The position numbers were made by a program, and so were the translations under genes. The notes under the pieces are model-generated. The model did no database searches and was not told the DNA's origin. It worked only from the letters and a program-made list of their open reading frames with translations. A stretch of 63,556 bases of DNA, counting the filler, from Octopus bimaculoides (taxonomy: Eukaryota), in assembly GCF_001194135.2 (NCBI RefSeq). It is 8 parts of 8 records of this genome, joined end to end, with 100 filler letters (N's around TTAATTAATTAA, not from the genome) between each part and the next. Parts side by side here need not be neighbours in the genome. Positions count along the whole stretch, not along the records: positions 1 to 24,822 come from NC_068984.1; 7 more parts are not named here. One strand, written 5' to 3'. Shown here piece by piece: positions 1-12,099 of this stretch. The number at the start of each line of letters is the position of its first letter. The first letter of the stretch is position 1.

Positions 1-210
1 GTTGGACAATTTGACTGAGGACTGGTGAACCAGATGGCTACATCAGGCTCCAATCTGATTTGGCAGAGTTTCTACAGCTGGATGCCCTTCCTAACGCCAA
101 CCACCCCGAGAGTGTAGTGGGTGCTTTTACATGCCACCGGCACAAGTGCCAGGAAGGCGACGCTGGGCACAGTTGTCATCACGATTTCGCTTTCACTTGC
201 CCCAACAGGT

Positions 211-1277
211 TGTAGTGAAACCTCTCTCTCTCTCGGGTATTTATTTACAAATGATAACGTAGCGGCTAACATCTAGCCTTCGCCCGCTTGGACCCTGCTG
301 TGTCCATCACCCTGATTGGCTCTTATTTGCACGGCATTTGTCTCCAGTTCTGTTTCGTGCCAGGGTGCATACCGACCAATCATGGCCTTCTAATAAGGTC
401 ATGTGAGAGAGTGTTTTCTGCTGTTTCTGGAACCCCTTTTTATCTATAAATAGTCTTGCTTCATCTACACCAGTTGGTCTTCGATTTCAGACCTCTCATA
501 GGTCTGGTCGTTTGACCACACACCAACCAGCCAGTTCCCAGCGACGACGTCAACACCACCGTTCTACTGTCTTCTACAGTCCCGTCGCCAGCGCCAACAC
601 TACGACCAGAGTACACACCAACAACAGCAACCGCGGTTCCTTCAACACTGTTTGTGTGGATTGTTTCCACCTCGAAAATAACAGCCAGAACAACCTGCGA
701 GGATCTTCTGTACCAAGTAACCGGTCACAGCATCAACGCTCAACTTCACACACAACACATGACACCTCACCTCTACTATTCGGCAGACATTCTACCTATT
801 GTGTACAGACATTCTACCTATTGTGTACAGACATTCTACCTATTGTGTACAGACATTCTACCTACTGTGTAACTCTTCTAAGAACTGGTACTTTCTTATC
901 TTTGTGTTCAGGACTCTTATAGTCTATGTTGCCGACTCTTATTCCATGTTCTGTATTTCACATTCATTTACGCTCACACACATATTATGTATACCATACA
1001 TACTACTGTTCATACGAAGACTTGTCTTATGTATTGTGCTACTTATATTGCCGCATGCACGCACACACAGACACACAGTTGACTACCCTAATAAACTTAC
1101 TCTCTCTATATATCTAACGATTGTCTCTCTCACCTTTCCTTGCTGGCATTTCCTCGCATCTCACATGTGAGTACTCTTATGTTATATTACATGTTTTGTG
1201 TCGACCGTGAGACACGTTAAAAGGAACCTGTTCCCGTTCGTTGCCATCTCCTTTGGTTTGCACGGTCGTTCTCTACA
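211..1277 (+). mobile_element. Solo LTR of an LTR retrotransposon
   Basis: Starts TGTAG and ends CTACA (TG..CA, 5-bp inverted ends). 4-bp TSD AGGT at 207-210 and 1278-1281; removing the insert restores caacAGGTctt as in the other RTE UTR copies. CCAAT boxes (314-319 reverse, 376-380), TATAAATA at 445, AATAAA at 1090. Confidence 0.85.
784..871 (+). repeat. 22-bp tandem repeat x4 inside the LTR (cagacattctacctattgtgta)
   Basis: Read directly; head-to-tail with no spacers. Confidence 0.9.
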
Positions 1278-2457
1278 AGGTCTTTGCAAGCTGAGTTTAG
1301 TGTCCAATGAAGGAGACGACGTTAGCATGGGTGCCAGTCATTGTATTTTGTTCGATTTCGATTTCACTTGCCTCAACAGGTCTTCGCAAGCGGAGTTTAG
1401 TGTCCAATGAAAGAAGGTACGCATAAGTGGGCTGGCTACACTCCTGGCAGAGGCCTTGGATTTAGGTCTCAATTGGCTTGCCGGGTCTTCTCACGCACTG
1501 CATATTTCCAAAGGTCTCGGTCAGAAGTCATTGCCTCGGTGAGGCCCGATGTTCGAAGGTCGTGCCTCACCACCTCATCCCAGGCCTTTCTAGGCTTACC
1601 TCTTCCACAGGTTCCCTCAACTGCTAGGGTGTGGCACTTTTTCACACAGGTATCCTCATCCATTCTCACCACATGACCATACCAGCACAATCGTCTCTCT
1701 TGCACACCACAACTGATGCTTCTTAGGTTCAACTTTTCTCTCAAGGTACTTACACTCTGTCTAGTATGCACACTGACATTACACATTCATCGGAGCATAC
1801 TGGCTTCATTCCTTGCGAGCCTACACATATGAATATATGAATACATGGATAACAGACTTAGGAGTGGAGTTAGTTAATTAGATTCCAGAACATGACTGAT
1901 ACTATGTTTTAACTTTGGGAAGATGAAAGACAAAGTCAACTTTGGCCTGATTAAATTAAAAACATAATGAGCCAGACTGCAAGGGATTTTGTGAGGTGCT
2001 TAGTGATATTACCAATTAAACGATTCCTCTATTCAGATATAAATAAAAGAATATAAATAAAATGCAAAAAAAAAAAAAACAAGAGTAATTTACCCACTTA
2101 CAGATGAGAAGCTTTCACTTTGGTTAGATCAGAGCAACAACTATTACCTTCCTCTAATAATGGATGGCTTAAGATAAAACTCAACATCCTCTTTGTAGTT
2201 AAACAATATAGTTGTTCATAGGCTGTTGATGTAGTTTTCACCATTAATCTCTACAATCAAGTGCTGAAGACTTGAACTACCCTATTTCCTACTCTTTCAA
2301 TGAAGTGTTTCCATTTTTTTTCAGATATACTATCCAGTATATCCATTAGCTCTTCATTTGTGATTTGAAGAACCATGAATCCTACATCATCTTGGTGGTG
2401 GTAGTGGTGGTAGTGGTGGTGGTGGTGGTAGTGTGGTTGGGATGAACCATACAGGTG

Positions 2458-2540
2458 ATGATGAACCAAGAGTTAATGTTTCCATTAATATCTCTTGTTG
2501 TGACTCCCATGTTATGTGATCCCATGTTTTATAGTACCAG
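2458..2540 (+). CDS. Candidate first coding exon (signal peptide) of the cubilin-like gene: MMNQELMFPLISLVVTPMLCDPMFYST(R)
   Basis: ATG start, hydrophobic stretch FPLISLVVTPML, ends AG|GTGTGT in phase 2. That is the phase needed to join exon 12100 (AG+G = Arg, then PRIV). The donor is only moderate and 9.5 kb upstream. Confidence 0.4.
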
Positions 2541-4387
2541 GTGTGTGAAGCTTTTGCTCATAATCTGGTACCACAATACATGGGGAAGACTTTCTGGATA
2601 CCTCACTTTGCACTCAGTTTTGAAAATGGAACACACTTCCACATTTCCTACTCATGTGAAAGGAAGATGTGTTATGGTAAACATGATCTAGGATTTCCTT
2701 TGACTGTTCCTTTGAGGTCATATCAAAAACTTCTCTGACTTTCATAAGGAGAGACAGGTCATGATCCTTCTTGTCCGTCCTTTGAAAAAATTCTTCAGGC
2801 AAAGAGGTACACATTTTTCATGACATACTGCTACCATGTCTGTTTCTGGGACTGGATTTGATCCATGTATTAAATCTTACTATGGCTTGTAATGCTAGCA
2901 AAGGAGCCATTGTTAGTATTTTTGTTAACAATGTACAAGTTTGTGTTATTGTTATAGTTGCTGTTGTATATTGTTGTTGTTGTTGTTGTTAGTACTTTGT
3001 TTGATGCTATAAAATATGCATTCTCAGATGTCAAGTTGTGACTGTCTGTGTTTGTAAGTATAATTCTTTGTTTCATTGAAATATTCTTTTAAATTCTGTT
3101 TTTCTATCAGTTTTAATTCATTTTTGTCAATTGAAAATACATTTTGAGATTTTGTTTTCAGCGGGTGAGAGTTATATTCAATGCTTCTCCCATTTTTGTG
3201 ATTATTTTTTCTATCTCAACCACCACCACCACCAATATNNNNNNNNNNCTTTGTTTCATTGAAATATTCTTTTAAATTCTGTTTTTCTATCAGTTTTAAT
3301 TCATTTTTGTCAATTGAAAATACATTTTGAGATTTTGTTTTCAGCGGGTGAGAGTTATATTCAATGCTTCTCCCATTTTTGTGATTATTTTTTCTATCTC
3401 AACCACCACCACCACCAATATTGAACAGAGTGTAAATACAAGAAAGATCTTTCAGATAAATAAAACTAATATCTAAAAGACAGACTTTCTGTCTACCAAA
3501 GGTATTGGGATGGACATCCAAAACATTTGGACATCTTCTTGTTTGCAAAATAACCATAAAAAAAAAATAGAAAAAGAAAAAAGACAAGAAACAAAATGTT
3601 CATCCAATAAAACTTGGTAATAATCCAATTTCTGAAAACAGTCTGAATAATACATCCGTTCCCTGCTATCCCCACTCTTCCAGGTCTTCCAGGCCTGTTT
3701 CCTTTCTCCAATGGCCCTGTCTATGGCATCGTTCCACCACCACGTTACCCTTGGTCTGGTTGGGACTTTGCACCACCCACAAATTTGGTCTGTGGTACTC
3801 AGCAAGCTGTTCCACAGGAATTCACAGTGGCCCTCTATATCACAAGTTTGTAACTCCTCCTCCATCTCATCAAATTTCTCAATTAGGATGTCCCTAAATC
3901 TTTGACCATATGAAGGGTCCTTAAGCTTCCAATTCCTTCTTTTCCAGATTTGTCTGCTTCTTGGCATCCTTCTGGCCTAATGTCGCTAATGACTAGTCTA
4001 TGTTGGGGGATATGTTCTTCACCAGGGAGGGTGTTTGTATTTAAGAGTAACCATGCATACCACTGTCTGGTGAGAAAGTAATTGGTCTGGCTAGTGTAGC
4101 TACCTGACTGGTAGGTTATCAGGTGCATGGTTGGCTTCCTGAATTTGGTGTTGCAGATCAATAAGTTATTTGCATCACAGAACTCCAGTAGCCTTGAAGT
4201 AGTTGTATGCTGTCAACTCTTTGTGACAGTCCCCTGAAGGGAATAATACTACTGTTGGTTAGACTTAGGAAGCTTCACCACTTCCTGTCGGCCTTGACAC
4301 ATTTCCTGTGTCCTTATGTTTACAAGGGGGAGACAAGCACCTCCACCCAGCTAAGCCTGCATCCAGAGACATGTTTCTGAGTCTTTG

Positions 4388-4542
4388 CTGATGACAAGCC
4401 AGACTGATGACGAGCCAGACTGATGACGAGCCAAACTGATGATGAGCCAGACTGATGACGAGCCAGACTGATGACGAGCCAAACTGATGACGAGCCAGAC
4501 TGATGACGAGCCAAACTGATGACGAGCCAGACTGATGACGAG
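4388..4542 (+). repeat. 16-bp tandem repeat (ctgatgacgagcca[g/a]a), 9 full units plus 1 partial
   Basis: Counted: CTGATGA starts at 4388, 4404, 4420, 4436, 4452, 4468, 4484, 4500, 4516, 4532. Confidence 0.95.
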
Positions 4543-4567
4543 CAAAGACTCAGAAACATGTCTCTGG
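4527..4567 (+). ncRNA. Minimal type I hammerhead ribozyme variant
   Basis: ccaga-CTGATGA-c-GAG caaaga CTC-a-GAAAC-at-GTC-tctgg. Stem I ccaga/tctgg, stem II GAG/CTC, palindromic stem III ACATGT. Predicted cleavage after C4562. Confidence 0.7.
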
Positions 4568-7500
4568 ATGCAGGCTTAGCTGGGTGGAGGTGCTTGTCTC
4601 CCCCTTGTAAACATAAGGACACAGGAAATGTGTCAAGGCCGACAGGAAGCGGTGCAGCTTCCTAGGCCTAACCAACAGTAGTATTATTCCCTTCAGGGGG
4701 CTGTCACATTAAGTCGACAACATACAACTACTTCATCGCATCACTACTGCATAAATCTCTCTGAGAGATTTAGAAATGTATTATTTCTAGTAGCCTTGTT
4801 CCCTCTTTGTTTCGGGAACCAATTCCATGGCCCCCATGTACACCATGGAAAATACTGGGCTACCATCCGACACGCCCATTGAAGTCCTCAGCCATGAAGA
4901 TGATATCCTTGTCATTCATCTTAGAGGTAGCCTGCAGAAGAATATCGTAAAAATGGTCTTTCTGTTCATTTGGTAGGCCCACTTGTGGGGCATAGGCAGA
5001 GATGATTGGTGCTATGCTATTCTGTAAGACCAGCCTGAACTTATGCACTCTATCACTCACTCTGACTACCTCTATGAATTCATTCACCCATTTCTCTGCA
5101 AGAAGTATGCCCACATCACCTACCCCGTCACTGTTACCTTCGCAGAAGATTTTATACCTATTGTCTTTCCTGTAAGGAACCTGGCTGAAGATCCTCTCCA
5201 CCTTACCTCTTGGATGCAGCATGTATCAACATGCCTCCGTTCAAGCATCTCAACAATCTCACTAGATCTACCTTTCAATGTGCTCACATTGACAGTACCA
5301 ACCCTGAGAACTGGGAAAGAGGCACAGGAGGGAACATGAGCATGAGAGATGGTATTGGGTACCTGAAAAGGTTTCGGTGATTTTTTGGTAATAGACATGT
5401 CACATCAGTTGGTCTCACTTTAACCTACCGTCTTTTAAACATGTTAAAATTGTTGTCCCTATTGGTGGTGAGAAGTGATGTAAATATAAGCATTACTGCT
5501 GCAAATATAATAGGTCAATGTATAAATTAATTATATAAATGATTTGCTATTGGTTAGTTCATTATATATAGAGAGAAAGAGGTACGTGATTTGTTAATTT
5601 ACTAATATTTTACAAAGTAACATATCACCTTTTGGTACATGCAGTAGTGTGGGCAATTGTTGGTGGTGGCCCAGGAGCGACGGAGGTATGCAAGTCTTCT
5701 GGTACAGAAGCGAGGCAGAGTCCTGTAGGGACTTCTGGTATTGAGAATAGATTTCCAGTATAGGTGGTGGGGGCAGGAATGGGTGGGTACATCATGGACA
5801 AGCAATGGCCAGTTTACTATTGGTGGGGAGAAACATGATAACAGTGAGAGACATAAGTAAAACAAGAGTGTTTATGAATTCTAGAGAACAACGATGAAAA
5901 CATTATGAAACAGGGAATTATGATTTGAAAGTTATTTGAAGAATTATCTTTCATATGATTAAGCATTAAATGATAATTGTTGAGTATTAAACATCAAATA
6001 TTTCCATCTAGCATTATGGCCTGGCACTGAATTATTATTTTTGCTTTCTGTCACCAGATTATGTGAAAAAGATCAGGACACTGCAGAATGGAAATTTCAA
6101 ATGGTTTAACAAAAATGTCAACACTCCCCCTTTCAAGGTCTCCCTAAACAGTCTCAGCACCCAATTCTTCCAGGTGAAGAACTGTAGTGCTTCACCTTTG
6201 TAACTACTGATCTTGAAACTGTCTTATTGTTGTTGTTTAAACTTAGGTTATCCCTGACTAAACAGTCAAATTATTAATGGTATTCCAGGAGCAGCGATCT
6301 TGACTTCTTAATAATATTTGGGACTGCATTTTCTAATGTCCTTTCCAATAAAATAGTTTTAAGCTTCTAGGTATGTTTTGCTGTTATTTCTAGCAGAGCA
6401 AGTCAAGTTACCATATAGAGGTTTCCTTCCTTCCTTCCTTCCTTTGTGCTCATTCAACCTCCTTTTAATAGCAGCCAAATTTCTCCAAGATAATACTCTG
6501 CCAATGCAAACAAAAATTATATTGTCCAAGTAGGCTGTGTATGAATATAAGACAAGTTGGTCATAGCTAGAATGCCTTTAATCATAGGTTTACTGAATTA
6601 GGGTTGAATTGTGACAACGGTTTAAGTTGCTCTGCTTAACATTCTGAGGTTGTCCTTGCTTATCATCCTCCTTATACCTGTCAAGTTCTAGCATTAGTTA
6701 CATAGAAGGTCAGATGAACACAGAGACAAGAAATGGTTCTTCATACGTGCATATGCATGTGTGAGTGTGTATGCCTGTTTTAGACCACACTTACTTTCTC
6801 TTCTATTAGAACATTGAACTGGAAAACAACATTAGCTGAACTAAGAAGGCTATTTTCTGATTGACCATTTAAATCAGTGATTCCCAAACTTTTTCTGACT
6901 ACCACATCCTTGGCACCTAGATCACATTCCAAGTGCCCTCCATCTTACAACCACAAACGTAGACCATTTGCTGCAGAAAATTCAAAACAACTGTATTTCA
7001 CAAATAAAACTTAAACCTAATTAACCCATTATTTTTTCTTTACATTCATTGTCCCTATGGTTATAATTACTGGTATTATTACTACTCATAGTAAAGTGGC
7101 GAGCTGGTAGAATTGTTATCACATTGGGTGAAATGCTTAGCAGTATTTTGTCTGTCGCAATGTTCTGAATTCAAATTCTGCTGAGGTTGACTTTGCCTTT
7201 CAATTGATCAATTAAGTACCAGTGAAACACTGGGGTCGATGTAATTTTATACTTACGCCACACTAAGGACCCATCAGTGAGTTGGGTCATTGGTTATTAA
7301 TTGGATTTGGTATTTACATAACTACAATATCCTGCCAGCATTTGATGTCTGCAATGTTGTATTATTTCACTGTCAGCTGTATGTGATTATACCTAGCCAT
7401 TTTCTGGTATCTTACATGTTGAGGTACCTTGATTCTGAATGAATCCTTATAGCACCCAGTCCACTCTGTAAAGTGGTTGGCATTAGGAAGGGCATCCATC

Positions 7501-7692
7501 CATAAAAACCATGACAAAACAGACAGTAGATCTTGGCACAGTCCTCTGGCACACCAGCCCCTACCATCTAGCCCATGCCTGTATGGAAGATGAATCTTAA
7601 ATGATGATGATGAGGAAGATGATAATGATGATGGATATATCTGTATAAAAAAAAATTTGTGGCTTTGTTAGAAATCATTATTTTTATGAAGT

Positions 7693-7735
<43 letters not shown>

Positions 7736-7749
7736 NNNNNNNNNNAAGT

Positions 7750-7803
<54 letters not shown>

Positions 7804-9137
7804 ACACACACACACACACACACAAAGGGATGCTGAAAAGCTCCTGGCTTTGGGTAAAAGAGAATACAGGTGGATCAATTAATTATGATTTTGTTCACCA
7901 TATTCTCTCAGATTCATACACTTATTGCAGTGGTCCTTGAGTTTTTCTAAGCTCTGTAAAAGAACTTGGAAGGTTGGGCCTCCAACCAGGCCTTTCATGA
8001 TGCCCTTAAAGCTAGGAACTTTACACCACCCCCTCTATATAAAATGTCAAAGGCTGTCTCACACCTACTAAACCAGATCTTATTCAAGTTCCCATGGTAT
8101 TTAAGCAATTCAGACTTCAAAATGCTTCTCTGAATGGGACTGCTTGTCTGTTTCAGAGTTAACCTCACCCAGCTGATGCTAGTGCTCACATTTAGCTGAG
8201 TGAATTAAAGCAATGTGAAATGAAGTGCTTTGCTCAAGGGTACAATACACTGTCCAGTCTGAGAATTGAAACCATGACCATAAACCTAACAACCTGTTCT
8301 ACACTGTTATGTTGTGTACTTTTTCAGTAATATAATTTTAATCATTATTTATCTTAATGAGTGTGGTGATTGGGGGAACCTGTACAATGTTAGTCTAAAC
8401 AGCATTGGGTTTTTATTTAGTTACCTCTATGTTTTCAGTTAAAATTCCACAGCGTGCAACTTTAACTTTCATTGCTCTTTGGGAGTGATAACATAAGCAC
8501 CCTCTCTCCACCACCAAATTTGTGACCCTGTGCCAGTGTCATTTATTTATCATTTTATGTCAGATTTTCCTTGCTGGTTCATGTTTGTCTGGTTTTTTGA
8601 AGCAGTATTTTATGGTTGGATGCCCTTTATATTGCCATCTCTTTCAGTTGCCTTTTTGCAGGCATATGGAGCATGTTTTTGAAAACTAGGACCCGAAATT
8701 GGTCTTTATTATTCCCTTGTGCTATACCTCTGTCACTTACACCTGGCGATTCTCTCTTTCACTACTCCACACTCAGGCCTTCCAGTAACTGCAGTTAGGT
8801 TTAATAACCTTAAGAGTATGAGTACTTTTTTTAATGCCAAAATATATAAAAAGAGATCTCAAGTGAGAGGTGTCAACTGTCTCAGTGACAAATGAACAAA
8901 GCAACAGAACAACTTCATTGTCTGTCACAGGTAATGTTGAGCACCAGTCCTATTTTTTCTTCACCTTGTCTTTTTTATCTTATATAAGTTACCTTTATTA
9001 ATGAAAAGGAAATGGGATAGCAATTATTTTTCTCCCCTCACATGACAAAAATAATGGCACAGTTTCTTCAACTTGGTTTATGTTGCAGATAGATAAAAGC
9101 CTGTAGGCTGTTTGCAACATTTATTCAAATACATCCG

Positions 9138-9170
<33 letters not shown>

Positions 9171-12099
9171 ATGTGCGCGTGTGTGTACGTGTCTTTGCAT
9201 TTACACACACAGGTGTACACATACCTACCCTCACATATATTCACATATCAATGTAACACATTCAAATATGTTTTTCTTTTTTGAATGTAAATGAAATATC
9301 TATTGTTATAGTTGTATGAAGACTACAATTTATAATAATAATATTGTAACATAAATAGTGTGTTTGATAAATATCACTGGATAAATATATATTATTATGA
9401 TGTTGGAGATGAATTATATTATGTTTGTTGTTGTGATAAGAATACATTCCATTGTTATGTGTGTGTGTGTGTGTTTACACATTTGTGAGTGTGTGTGGAG
9501 ATGTATAATNNNNNNNNNNNNNNNNNNNNNNNNNNNNNNNNNNNNNNNNNNNNNNNNNNNNNNNNNNNNNNNNNNNNNNNNNNNNNNNNNNNNNNNNNNN
9601 NNNNNNNNNNNNNNNNNNNNNNNNNNNNNAAGAATACATTCCATTGTTATGTGTGTGTGTGTGTGTTTACACATTTGTGAGTGTGTGTGGAGATGTATAA
9701 TTCTAGGGTCAATAAACGTTATGAAATAGTTATGTAACTCTTTATTCTTTGTCTTAAATGAGATGAGAGTATGGAATCAAGTAAATTAATTACATCACTT
9801 TATTTTATCTGTGTTTATAAACTATTGTGTAGGATAATCTCATATCTAAAGAATAACTTTTAAGAATTTTTGGTGGTTTCCATACATTTTATGGTGTGAT
9901 TTTCTTTTGTTTCAAGACTGATGTATGTTGAGTAAACATACATCATTTGTTTCAAGACTGATGTATGCTGATGTATGTTGAGTAAACAGCTTTAAAAAAT
10001 ATAAAGCAATTTATCTCTACATAAATGGAAATAAATTCTTGTGAATATCAGGCTGAAACCATAAACCTTTTGACTCATACTGTGGATGTTACCTGCAACT
10101 GATATAAAAACAATAATAATTTAAAGAAATAAATTGACTAAAACACTTTATCACATAGATTGTACAGCATGTTACAACTTGCAACAGTTACTTTAAAGCT
10201 AAGTTAAATGAAAAATAGCTGTCAAATTATTATATGAGTTGTTAACAGTAAGTACATTAAATGGGGAGGGTTAGTAGTTAGATTTATTGTTTAACTCAGT
10301 CCACAAGATAGTATTGTTTATAATATTAGCATGGAGAGATATTTATTTACAATCAAGTTAATTTCTGCACGTGTCTTTAAAAGACAATGACTTGAGATTA
10401 ATTGACTTATTAACTGATAACCTACATACTTTAAATTATTCAATTAACATTTAGTTATTCTATAGATTTCCAAGTATATCAATTGCTTCCAGATGATAAT
10501 GATGACATCTGAAAGATTAAAAGTCATATTGTTAGTGTCACTCTGGTAGTATCTATAAGTTTAGATAATTTGCTACATGCTACTCTTTGGTATATGACTA
10601 GGATGGTTTCTTGAGAAATTTGATAAGGGCTTAGGTATTCAGAATTACTTTAAGAACCTCATTTGTTATGGTACTTTGGAAAACTGAGGACTGGATTTGG
10701 TAGAGGCGAAAGATTTTGCAGCATCTATGTAATTAGATATTAATTAGAGCCATGTAAATAAGAATAAAAGATCATGTGATTAATAAATGTGGGAAATAAT
10801 TAGCAGCTCTAATGATTTCGTACATTGTATACAAGGGGACTGGAAATAACAGAATGGATGAAATGTCAGACTGTTAGCTTAGATCACGCATTAATATTCT
10901 ATCTCTGGCACTATGCTATATCTTGATCTTTTTCACTTATCAAGCAACATAACAGAAAGAGAAATGATCCAGTGATAGAGCACCAAACTAGCTGGAAATA
11001 TCTAATATCTAATTCTCAATGGTTATCATTTTACATCCAATATCAAAATCATTTGGTCTCATATGAAAGAATTCAAACTTAGAGCTGTAAACTATCTCAA
11101 ACTACATGGTGTATTTTGAGGTGGTTTACAAATTTTAGTTTGAAGTCTTCCATGAGATTAAATGATTCTGAGGTTGGATGTTAACAGCTAACGAGTATTA
11201 AAAACCAGATATTAAGCACTAGAGATTATTTTGTATGAGAGATTAAATATCATCAGAGAAAAGTTATTGAAGATTAGTTTAAAATATATGAAATATTAAA
11301 AAAATTATCTACTTGTTATCTTTAAAAGAACACTTAATTACTAAGACCTTGTCTCATGCCTTTGAGTATCTTACTACTTGAAGGTTGTTATTAAAAATGA
11401 TTTATCTTTTTCATTGGATTTAAAGGAAAAGGTAACAAGAGAGAGAGAAAGAGAGAGATGTTAAAAATATATCCAAATTTTGTTATTTTCTTTTCTGAGC
11501 ATTTAAAAAGAAAAAGTCAACTTTGTGGTGATTTTAAACTTAGAATATAGAAGGATGTAACTAAACACTGACTTATATTTTTTTTACAACTTACTGAATC
11601 AGGAGGAAGGAGCAGTACCCATGACCTTTATAGGCCCTTTGAGACTGGTGAAACTTGCAATGGCTCAAGAGGGACCATTGCAAGTAAACACCTGTTGGGT
11701 GAAAATATGAGCAGGGAGAGAATTCCAGAGGACCAATGTTTTAGGACAGAAAGGCTAGGCATAATCATTAGTTCAGGACCTGAGGGGTAAGACACAGCAA
11801 GGATGATAGAGGCTTCTTCTATCATTGCCTTTCATTGCCTTTTACTCAAAGTCAACTATAAGCATCTCTTGTATCTTATTTTCATTTTTGTCATAACCCA
11901 AATATATTACTAGTACTTATTGATCAAATCATGTTTAGAGGAATGAAAAGCAAAATCAGTTTCCATGAGAATAAAATTTGCAATTGATTTATCTACTAAA
12001 GAAAGTAATATTTATACAAACACATAATACATTGACTACTGATTGTTAAACATACTTTTTATAACTTATCTTGTGAATGTTTTTTTCATTTTTTTTCAG

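Larger units (their letters stand above)
1..1830 (-). mobile_element. 5'-truncated RTE-clade LINE (RT C-terminus plus 3' UTR), interrupted by a solo LTR
   Basis: ORF 1469-1786(-) RLCWYGHVVRMDE...GRGKPRKAWDEVVRHDL is a typical RTE/BovB-type C-terminus. The 3' UTR (1-210, 1278-1470) matches the copy at 22760-23470. Confidence 0.85.
4197..4788 (+). mobile_element. Fold-back, hammerhead-containing non-autonomous element (Penelope pseudo-LTR or retrozyme-like)
   Basis: 10-bp TSD AGTAGCCTTG at 4187-4196 and 4789-4798; excision restores the LINE's GT-RLLEFC coding sequence. Inverted arms 4195-4389 and 4541-4735 surround a 16-bp tandem array. Confidence 0.8.
3640..5870 (-). mobile_element. RTE-clade LINE 5' half (APE endonuclease), degenerate, interrupted at 4197-4788
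   Basis: Frameshifted motifs LRVGTVNVSTLKGR..CCIQEVRWRG, GVGDVGILLAEKW, IISAYAPQVG, DFNGRVG, RLLEFC, NTKFRKP, TYQSG, QHRLVISD, RVTWWWND. Confidence 0.9.

Noticed and set aside
784-871. 22-bp repeat as a CRISPR array
   Set aside because: No spacers; it lies inside an LTR.
3068-3420. Direct duplications flanking short N gaps (also 7690-7790, 9440-9700, 23460-23893, 24600-24822)
   Set aside because: Near-identical sequence on both sides of a gap is the signature of unmerged contig overlaps.
4388-4542. CRISPR array or C/D-box snoRNA cluster (CTGA plus TGATGA motifs)
   Set aside because: Units are head-to-tail without spacers, there are no cas genes and the DNA is eukaryotic. The motifs overlap with no 60-100 nt guide region, and the hammerhead context explains them.
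4320-4622. ORFs with repeated SSSVWLVISLARHQSG
   Set aside because: They are translations of the 16-bp array (three units = 16 codons); the RNA-structure explanation fits better.
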